Of a stretch of DNA of 64,000 bases, positions 53,753 to 64,000 are shown in pieces. Source of the DNA: Octopus vulgaris. Lineage: Eukaryota. Numbering within the stretch: position 1 is the first letter of the stretch; each line of letters opens with the position of its first letter. Below the pieces are notes generated by a model. It was given only the letters and a program-made list of their open reading frames with translations, had not been told where the DNA came from and made no database searches. The position numbers and the translations under genes are program-made. The stretch covers positions 48,422,001-48,486,000 of the forward strand of contig OX597817.1 in the NCBI GenBank assembly GCA_951406725.2, given 5' to 3'.

Positions 53753-54168
53753 GGATCTTTTCGGTTAGAACGGCAGTTTTTTCTAGCGGTGTCATATGAA
53801 ATTGTCACTCATAATTATGACCCTAGTATCGATCTATTGCATTTCAATCCGTTTTAGGGTTAGGGTTAGGGGTGGGGGGAAGGGTATCTTTTTTCTTCAG
53901 AAATGTAAATAAACCCAATCTGTTTCTTAAACGAGGGACATATTCATACAGCACAGAATGTTTTCACTTCAATAGACGTCATTGATTGGTTGAAATTGCA
54001 GAAATTGAGGAAAAACAACAACAAATATCTTACAAACTATAGAATTTTCTCAATAAAGCCAAGAGAAAAAGATGTTTTATAAATACATTCTACCAGTATA
54101 CGAAGTTTAAAAGTGTTTAGTTACGTGGAAATTATTTTAAAAAACTGCCGTTCAAAACGAAAAGATCC
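53753..54168. mobile_element. Same MITE group, opposite orientation; perfect 8-bp TSD caatttcg; internal (TTAGGG)3
   Basis: TIRs and TSD 53745-52 / 54169-76. Confidence 0.88.
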
Positions 54169-54625
54169 CAATTTCGACGGGCCATAGATATGTGTGCGGT
54201 TTTTCAGGGACACTTGGTCCAGTTGTTTGGAGGAAACGATATACTTCAAAGGCCTGCATCGATGGACTGCTGCAAATTTCACCAGAAGTAAACATTGGGG
54301 ATATATAAGTGGTCAAGCGATGATCTCTACCTACAAGATTTATATTGAACAAAATTGGGACCTTTACCTTTTGACCTACAGATTTAAAAAATATTTTTTT
54401 GTAACTAAACACTTTCAAACTTCGGACACTAGTAGAATGTGTCATATAAAACATCTTTTACTCTTAGCATTTTTGTGTGGTTCGAGTGCGCTTTGCAATC
54501 ACATGGTTTCGAGTTCAGTCCCATTCTACGGCAACTTAAGCAAGCGTCTTCCACTACAGCCCCGAGCTACCTAATACCTTGTGGGTGGATTTGGTAGACG
54601 GAAACTGTATGGAAGCCCGTCGTGT

Positions 54626-54686
<61 letters not shown>

Positions 54687-54826
54687 AGAGAACAAGATGT
54701 ACGTTACGCCGCAAATCAGCCGAAATTGCGAGGATGATCCGGTTCTTGACTGAAGATAAGAGGCTTCGAATGACCCGTCCGTTTTTTGTGTCGTCTCTTT
54801 GAGTGTTTTGCGTTCTTGTCCCATTT

Positions 54827-54907
<81 letters not shown>

Positions 54908-56584
54908 ATCTTATGCTTGTGCTTGTCCCCACCCAACTCTTGACAACCGGTGTTGGTTTGTTTACGTTCTCGTAGCTTCGCGGCTCGGATAAAGAGCATC
55001 GAATCAATATGTATCAAATCTAAAAAAAAAAAACGAGCTGAGTCGATTTGTTCGACGCGACACTTGAAGTTGGTGCCCCAGCATGGCCGCCGTCCAATGA
55101 CTGAAACAAGTATTAAAAAAAATGGATGGGATAATTAATCTCTAGTGCATTTGATGTCATGAATACGTTTGTGAAAATGACGCCCGGTAAACTTTTCTCT
55201 TTTATTTTCTTTCAGTCATTGGACCACGGCCATGCTGGAGCACAATGCTTAGCGGCATTTCGTTCGACTTTACGTTCTGAGTTCCGATTCCGCCGAGGAA
55301 TTTAGTTGAAGTTTAGCCGAAGAAATCGATCCTGGAGCTTTTTTTTTTTTTTCAAGTCTGATATCTATTTTATCGGCATCTTTTGCCGAATTGCTAACTT
55401 GCGAAGACGTAAACAAACCAACACCGGTTGTCAAGTGATAGTGGGGGCGGATAAACACAAACACAAGGACACACATGCATAGAAACACACACACACACGC
55501 ATGCGCGCACACACACACACACACATTCTGAGTTCAAATCTCGCAGAGGTCACCGTTGCCTTTCATTCCTTCGAAGTGAAATTTTTGTCCGAATCATAAT
55601 GTCCGTATTTTTCCGCGTATTTAGAAAAAAAAATTTTTTCTTTTTCAAATTTTACAAAAATTTTTGGAAATATTTTTCAGAATCATAATGTCCGTATTTT
55701 CCGCATATTTTGAAAAAACACAAAGAATTTCTGAAAAAAAGTAAAAAAATGAAGGGAATGGAGGTGAGGTTAATTTTAAGATGCCGATTTTTGCCAATTT
55801 TTTTTCAGATTCGTATTCCCCGTAATCAAAAAGAGGGTGTGGGATTGTGTCGAAAAAAATAAAATTTTTCAAAAAGGGTGGTTTTGGGTAGGGGACGGGC
55901 AGAAGTCTTGCCCAGAACTAGTCCGGGAACATTTTGAAACCACCTCGTAGATATATGTGTGTGTGTGTGTGTGTCCTTGTATCTGTGTTTGTCCCCGCAT
56001 CATCGATTGACAACCAGTGTTGGTTAAGTTTACGCCGCCATAGCTTTGTGGTTCGGCAAGGCAAAATGAGACCTGATGGAATAAGCAACAGCCTTGAAAA
56101 AAGGGAAAAGTCCTGGAATCTATTCATTCGATTAAAATTCCTTAAGGCGGTACCCCAGCATGGCCGTAGTCTAATGACTGAAAGATGTAAAAGATAAAAG
56201 ATAACAACCAGCTCTTCGATGAGTCAAGTAGCTCTGATAAAAAATAAAGACATTTTAACTGCAAGATAAAGTTTCTTAACCAAATAAATAAATAAATAGG
56301 CAATGATTGCTTGCATAATCAGTAAACACGAGAATTAATTGGTATTAATTGGTTAGGTACTTGAAAAGACGCTGAAATATTATAATAATGTTAGAATTAA
56401 AAGTTATAGATTAGAGAGTCAAGGAGAATGTCTCGTAATCAAAGAGTGGCTGTTTAACTCTGTTTGAGGCTCTTTAGTTACAATAAACGTTTGATTAAAC
56501 CTTATCATGTTTGCTGTCAGATGACAGATAACTAGGTCATGTTTATGGACTGCGTGACAATTGTGACCCGAACCCACAAGAGCG

Positions 56585-57160
56585 AATAATAATAATAATT
56601 ATTATTATTATTATTAATATGCAGTACCAGACAGTAGCTCTCGTGGCTTCTGATCTTAACTGATTGGAAGTGTTATCATGTACATTGTTATGTCTTGGTA
56701 TAAAAGTTGGGTTACAGCAAATATTCTGCTCGATACCACAGATTTGCTTGTCAGTTGTTTGACCTTAACCGGTTGAGCATGTCCCTTAGTGGTTGACGAT
56801 ATGTGCATCTTTGATCACGAGCAGAAATAGTTGGGGAGCATCATAGCCATGAAATTAGAGGAATTCTTTGGGGTTTGAATAATTCACCTCTGGAAACATG
56901 GGTGTTTCGTTCAACATCCTTAAACAGCCCTTATTCAGGGACCTTTTGAGCGGGATGGGCTACTCAACCAGAAGAAAATTCTAACTGGGCCCCACCTGCA
57001 AGGTATGCGCTGTTTATGTCGATATGAGATCACCATGCAGCGCACATATGGTTGTGATGCATGTGCCTGATGTACCCTTATCAGATGGGTATACTGGGCT
57101 TCGTATATTTTACTCCAGTGTCACTTTGATGGCATGCACTGCTCTCTCACTCACTCAATG

Positions 57161-57210
<50 letters not shown>
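56585..57210 (+). mobile_element. Probable retroposon 3' end with (AAT)n tail
   Basis: Ends ctctctcactc..(aat)n; family not assigned. Confidence 0.5.
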
Positions 57211-57754
57211 CAAATTTTAGCAGAAGACTAGCAATCTCGTGGGGGAGGGAGGGAGGGGCTAAGTTGATTAAATCGACCCCAGTATTTGACTGGTACTTAT
57301 TTCATCAACCCCCGAAAGGATGAAAGGAAATTCAATGGAATTTGAGCCGAGAACGCAAAGACGGACAAAATGTCGCCACGAAGTCATTTTGGTAACGCTT
57401 ATCTCTATCCGAGTTGTTGCCACAGCAGGCTTATATGGTCAGTTGGTTTTAAAATAACCCCGTACACCTAGCTTTAATTAAGAACTCTGGCACTCCTTTA
57501 GAAATAAGCTGATTGGATCATTTGAAGGTGTAACGGGAACTCGTTGCTTCTTACACTTTTGGGGTGCAACTCAGGTGCAACACAATTTCCGTTCTTTAAT
57601 TTCCAGAATCTACCAGTCAAGGAACACGAACGCAACCTTAAAATATATATATATTCTTTATTTTCTTATTCACAGAAAGAAGTAAGGTGGTATATTGGTA
57701 TCCACTTGGTTCTGGTGTGGCAAGGCTGAACTTTAACACTTGTAAGAATCTTAC

Positions 57755-58095
57755 AACAAGTTCAGCAGCAAAACAGAGCAGGTCAAATCTTAGCGTCCAG
57801 AGACAGCGGAGAAAATAGGTCTGCCACAATCTCGTATGAAGGCGTTCTGCTACTGCTGCTATGCGTGTCTCTCTGTGCCCTTGTTAAGGGAACGCTGTTC
57901 CTCGCCTATCAGCTAATGCCACATCAGCAATTCCTTCTTCAGTCTTCGCGCATGTCCGAGAGGGCACTTCCCTTCTGCCTTTCCAGAAGGCTCCAACCCC
58001 GCACACGCACACTGAAGAAGGACGTTCCGCACCCGCACACTGAAAATGACGTTGCGCGCGCGCACTGTTGTATAACGTCACTACAAAGGCACGAA
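57755..58095 (-). promoter_or_regulatory. Possible promoter / non-coding first exon of the ACSL gene
   Basis: Non-repetitive, CpG-rich stretch. TGACGTT (58047) and AACGTCA (58074) flank a (GC)5 run; minus-strand donor-like gtaaga at 57749-54. The ATG exon has an acceptor, so an upstream exon is expected. Confidence 0.3.
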
Positions 58096-58380
58096 CCTAG
58101 TGCTTAGGGTGTGGTAAATAGATTGTAGTTTGGGGTCGATTATCGAACCGGGAGTACGTTGTATTCTTGAGCAAAACACTTCAGCTCGTGTCCTTCTAGG
58201 CCACACGGCTGTAAATAAGCAACCTTAAGATATTCCGGTGTGCCGTTTAAGCGGAGAGGTTGTGATCTCGATCAGTTAAACGACGTCAAGAGAAATTGGT
58301 AACCTGTTCTATAAGTCCCAAGACTCGGGGACAGTAATGAGCAAAACACTTTCATTCTACGATGTTCCTGTTCACTAAGT

Positions 58381-58697
58381 TGTAAATAAGTAACCCCGCC
58401 ACGGACTGGCGTCTCGTTAAAAAGGGGTTTTGTGGTCTCGATCCTTAGGGTGTGGTACATACGATTGTAAATAAGTAACCCCGCCACGGACTGGCGTCTC
58501 GTTAAAAAGGGGTTTTGTGGTCTCGATCCTTAGGGTGTGGTACATACGATTGTAAATAAGTAACCCCGCCACGGACTGGCGTCTCGTTAAAAAGGGGTTT
58601 TGTGGTCTCGATCCTTAGGGTGTGGTACATACGATTGTAAATGAGTAACCCCGCCACGGAGTAGCGTCTCGTTAAAAAGGCATTTTGTGATCTCTGT
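58381..58697. repeat. 85-bp tandem repeat, ~3.7 copies
   Basis: tgtaaat at 58381, 58466, 58551, 58636; first three units identical. Confidence 0.95.
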
Positions 58698-59877
58698 CAT
58701 TAGATTGACTCAAGGGCTTAGAGTTTCGTGCGTTACCACTTATCAAACTAGTTACACATCAAGGGCTTGTAAAGTTATATACCAGTAATAATCCTATTTC
58801 TCTGGATAGTTCATATGTTATGGATAATGACAATATCAGTTCATTCACGTTGAAGCAAACCTCAACGATCTTTCATTGAAATTCTTTTTTTAAAGCTGCA
58901 AGCAAACATTGTAATAAAAGCTTAGAGTTGCAAGAGAATGCTTCAGTCCTGGGCAGCTATTAATGGTTTTTGTCAATGTTTGTACTGTGTTGTCCCATAT
59001 ATCATCTTTCACGTTAACTCCCAGATTAAATATAATTTACGTGAAAACACTCTAGCTCAAACATGTAATACCAAAATAAACGTGCAGAAAATAAATTTGA
59101 TAGCTTAACAGCATTTCACTGGAGAAACAGAATGATCGAATGATTAACTATTCGTGAGGTTATTTGTCTTTTTTTATTCTTTTACTTGTTTCAGTCATTT
59201 AACTGCGGCCATGCTGGAGCACTACCTTTTAGTCGAGCAAATCGACCTCGGGACTTATTCTTTGTTAGCCTGGTACTTATTGTATCGGTCTCTTTTTGTA
59301 GAACCGCTAAGTTACGGGGACGTAAACACACCAGCATCGGTTGTCAAGCGATGTTGGGGGAGAGGGACAAACACAGAGACACAAACATATACACACACAC
59401 ATACATACATACATACATATCGACCCCAGGACTTATTCTTTGTATGCCTGGTACTTATTCTATTGGTCTCATTTTGCAGAACTGCCAAGTTACGGGGACA
59501 TAAACACACAAGAATATCATATCAAGCGATGTTGGTGGGGGGACAAACACACACACACACACTCACATATATGTATATATATATATATACATATATACGA
59601 TGGGCTTCTTTCAGTTTCCGTCTACCAAATCCACTCACAAGGCTTCGGTCGGCCCGAAGCAATAGTAGAAGACACTTGCCCAAGGTGCCACGCAGTGGGA
59701 CTGAACCTGGAACCATGTGGTTGGTAAGCAAGCTACTTAGCACGCACTCACTCCTGTTGTGAGGATCTGATAAAAAAGAAACTAATTAATAACAAAAAGT
59801 AGAAAACTTTTCAAATGTAAATAAAGAGGAAATAAACAAAAATAAACATTATTTTCCATCTTACTGTTAGTTTTCTT

Positions 59878-59927
<50 letters not shown>

Positions 59928-60287
59928 GTGGCACTCTGTACTTCTCGGGGTAGATTCAGCATGACGCAGAGAGTGACAAGGCTGGCCCTTTGAAATACAG
60001 GTACAAGACAAACAGGAAGGAAGAATGAAAGTTGTGAAAGAGTACAGCAGGGTTCGCCACCGTCCCCTGGCGAACCCTCGTGGAGCTTTAGGTGTTTTCA
60101 CTCAATAAATACTCACAACGGCCGGTTTGGGAATCGAAACTGCGATCCTACGATCCTACGATCGCGAGTCCGCTGCCCTAACCACTGGGCCATTGCGCCT
60201 CCACACACACACACACACACACAAGAAGGAATACATAGTGCGTGTGTTTATTTGACAGGAAAAAAATGACCTTCCCGAAATACAATA

Positions 60288-60320
<33 letters not shown>

Positions 60321-60625
60321 TGTATGTATGTATGTATGTATACGTATATTCTTCCTTTTCGCCCTTTTCAAGCATAGACAGCCCCATGGGCCCTGTTTCC
60401 CGGTTTCTGAGGCGTATGTGTCCATCGCAGCGTTACTCAAGAAACAAGAAGAGAGAGTGAGAGAAAATAGTGGCGAAAGAGTACAACAGGGGTCACCCCC
60501 ACCCCCTGTCGGAGCCTCGTGGAGCTTTTAGGTGTTTTCGCTCAATAAAGACACACGACGGCCGGTCTGGAAATCGATCCTCCGAACGCGAGTCCGCTGC
60601 CCTAACCACTGGGCCGTTGCGCCTC

Positions 60626-60670
<45 letters not shown>

Positions 60671-62839
60671 GTGTATATATATATATATATCTGTAAATTA
60701 ATGTTACCATTATTCAATAGCCAAGATAAAACTGAGTTTCGGATGCCAGGTTTCTTTCTTTCTTTTATCTTAACGTTTTTACCAATATATATATATATAC
60801 ACATACATATATGCAATTCTTTCGATATGAGTCCTATTTACATCGCGTGTATTTGTTTACATTTGAAGAAGATCATCACTTTCTGTAAAATTTAAAATTT
60901 TTGACGAAGTTTCGCCCATAACTGTCACTTATAAGCCCATGTGGGTTTATTTACATTTCTGAAGAAAAAAGATACCTTTTCCCCCACCCTTAACCCTAAC
61001 CCCACATCTATAAAAAAATTTGGCGATGTTTCGCTTACGACAACCGAAACTTCGCCCAGTTATGTTACTAGTACCGAATGATCGTTACATATATACATAT
61101 ATTTACACATACACACCCAGGTGAATGAGCATGCACACGGGTACACTCATTATTCATGAGAAAGTTCTCAAAATACTTTTTCTTAAAATATGTTTTTCTC
61201 ATATTAAACCCCGTGACCTTTTCAACATACGCACATAACACACACATACATATATATGCATGCATCTATACATACATACATACATACATACATACATACA
61301 TACATACATACATACATACATACATACGTAGATAAATAGATAGATCAATGTGTGCAAGTACAAGCGTACACAGACTTGGTGCTCCAGCATGGCCTTTGTC
61401 GAAATAGTTAAAGCAAACTAAAGAAGCGCAGAATATGAAAATGTATGTATGTACGTGTGTATGTAATGTGTTCACTAAAACATAATTGTATGCATATATC
61501 ACCGTGATCACCATGACCGACCAGGCTATCAGATGTTGCTACACATCGCTGGTCACAATGCGCTTCGCATTGTTTCAGCCTTCAAATGATGCCACCGTTA
61601 ATTGCTGTAAAAATTGTATATTTATTTACTTTTGCTTTCATGAACGTGTGGTGGGTGGAAGGCGACACTTGCTTTGAAGCCAGAGCAGACAGTGAAAGAG
61701 AGGTGAAATGAACGTGTGTGTGTGTGTGTGTGTATGTGTGTGTGAGGGAGAGAAAAAGAGAGAGAGAGAAAAAGAGAGAGAGAGAGAAAGAAGAGGGGAG
61801 TGGCGGGAGAGGAAGTGAAGGTATGTGTTGTCATGTATACGTACATATATACACATATGCATACATCGTTTTTTGTATGCGCGCGCGCAGGTGTGAGAGA
61901 GAGTGAGAGAGAAGATTTCTTTATTCACCATAAGGTTAAGAAAAAGAGGGAACGATACGAGGACAAAAAAAACAAACATTGGGGTCAGGGTATCGAATGA
62001 GACGAAACGTACGAATAAACAAACAATTAAAATATATACAATTAAATGAGAATGAGTGATTTACAAAAAATGAAACGGAGGATGCGGGTGACCCCACAAA
62101 CCACATACTCACACTGAAGACTTTGCTTTCTCCTTTTTTATATTCTCGCTTAATTGAGTGAGTGAGTGAGTGAGTGAAGGTGTGTTCTCATGTATGTATT
62201 TTTTTGCATGTATGTCTAAGTGGCATTCATTCTCACTCTGATACACACACAGACACACACGCACAAACACACACACAGACACACACGCACACATACGTAC
62301 AAAGATATGTGTGTACATGTATTTATGTATGCACGTGTATATGAAAGATATATTTCTTTACTGCCCACAAAGGGCTAAACATAGAAGGGCCAAACAAGGA
62401 CAGACAAAGGGATTAATTCGATTACATCGACACCAGTGCGAAACTGGTACCTTATTTATCGACCCCGAAAGGATGAAAGGCAAAGTCGATCACGGCGGAA
62501 TTTGAACTCAGAACGTAACGACAGACGAAATACTGCTAAGATAATGGTTGCAGGCTGGCCCTTTGAAATACAGGTACAACTGACTTTTGTCCGGATTCAT
62601 TTGAATGAAGTTATTTTAATATTCAGGGCACTGGGTTTGTCATAAACTCGTTTATGTTTGCTTAGGGACAATAATTTTCTTACATTCATTCGTTTGACGA
62701 AACGTTAAACGAATGACGTTTGATAACGTCATTTACATACATAAAAAATTAGTAAAGGAAGAGCCGCAGGCGTGGCTGTGAGGTAAGAAGCTTGCTTTAC
62801 AACTACATGGCTCCGGGTTCAGTCCCACTGCGTGGCAAC

Positions 62840-63155
62840 TTTTTTTCAGAATTTTTTTCTTTTTTTTTCAAAATATGCGGAAAAACACGGAGATTATGAT
62901 TTTGAAACAAAAATTTTCCGAAACTTTTGTAGTTAGGGTTAGGGTTAGGATTTTAGGGTTACGGTTACAGTTAAGGAAAAAAGTGAAAAATGAAGAAATT
63001 GGGGGTGGGGTAGGGTTAGGGGAAGCGGGTAGCAAAAATTTTAAAATGCAATTTTCCGAAATCTCCATATCCGAAAACGGGGGTTTTAGCAAAAACGAAA
63101 AAAAAAAAAAAAAATTATAATTTGTGAGAAAATGGTGGTAGGGAGAAAGTCTTTC
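62840..63155. mobile_element. TTAGGG-containing MITE-like insert splitting a SINE-A; related inverted copy 55575-55920
   Basis: aaaatatgcggaaaa.acgga.attatgatt shared with 55680-55715. Confidence 0.6.
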
Positions 63156-64000
63156 CATATATATGTATGTATGCTTGCGTGTCTGTGTTTCTACTCCCAC
63201 CATCGCTTGACAACCGATGTTAGTGCGTTTACGTCCTCGTAATTAATGGTACGGAAAAAGAGACGATAGAATAAGTACTAGGCATACAAAGAATATGTCC
63301 TGGGGTTGATTTGTTCGACTATAGGGTGGGGCTCCAGCATAGCCGCAGTCAAATGACTGAATCAAGTAAAAGAGTTATAGAGTAAAGGACTAAAAATTCT
63401 ATATTAGAAAGATCAAACTTGAACATAGTTGTGCTTTTAATATGTTTTACGAGGAATTTTTTCCCTATCTACATTAGAGAGAAAGAAGAAAGAACGAAAG
63501 AAAGGAGAAAGAAAGAAAGAGAGGGAGGGGAGAGACAGTCAGGAGGGAGAGAGTGAGAGAGATACAGAGAGAGAATGGGAGAGGGGAATACACATGCAAT
63601 GTACTTGTGTTAATAAAGATATGGATGATTAAATGTCAACAGAAGACTATATACATACATACATATATATATGTATACTCTTTTACTCTTTTACTTGTTT
63701 CAGTCATTTGACTGCGGCCATGCTGGAGCACCGCCTTTTAGTCGAGCAAATCGACCCCGGGACTTATTCTTTGTAAGCCCAGTACTTATTCTATCGGTCT
63801 CTTTTGCCGAACCGCTAAGTGACGGGGACGTAAACACACCAGCATCGGCTGTCAAGCAATGCTAGGGGGACAAACATAGACACACAAACACACACACACA
63901 CACATACATACATATACATATATGCGACAGGCTTCTTTCAGTTTCCGTCTACCAAATCCACTCACAAGGCATTGGTCGCCCGGGGCTATAGCAGAAGATG

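Noticed and set aside
54680-54829. Hammerhead in this (TA)n-flanked insert (contains ctgaaga and gaaa)
   Set aside because: Could not build consistent stems around the core
48218-58697. 166-bp and 85-bp arrays as CRISPR
   Set aside because: No unique spacers, no cas genes, eukaryotic context
62930-63020. TTAGGG repeats as a telomere
   Set aside because: Only a few units, embedded in a dispersed repeat

Overview
Eukaryotic, AT-rich, repeat-dense animal DNA. The SINE, LINE and microsatellite content is typical of an octopus (coleoid cephalopod) genome; this is inferred from the repeats, not confirmed. The one real gene is a minus-strand long-chain acyl-CoA synthetase (ACSL1/5/6 family) that the ORF track mostly misses. 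I assembled 11 coding exons between 42915 and 1453 by hand (969 nt, 323 aa, all GT-AG and frame-consistent), containing the AMP-binding YTSGSTGLPKG motif and a variant gate motif YLPLPHAFER. The gene continues beyond the window start, and its protein appears to lack the N-terminal membrane anchor. The introns and upstream region hold tRNA-derived SINEs, Penelope-like elements (PLEs), LINE fragments, Tc1/mariner remnants, Helitron/Helentron elements, MITEs with 8-bp TSDs, and simple repeats. The most interesting signal is a set of PLE-like termini, mostly embedded in (TA)n, that carry hammerhead-ribozyme motifs and inverted arms. The clearest case is a ~2.9-kb near-perfect palindrome (11667-14591) with a hammerhead at each outer end, inside an ACSL intron. 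Coordinates were read by eye; repeat boundaries are approximate.
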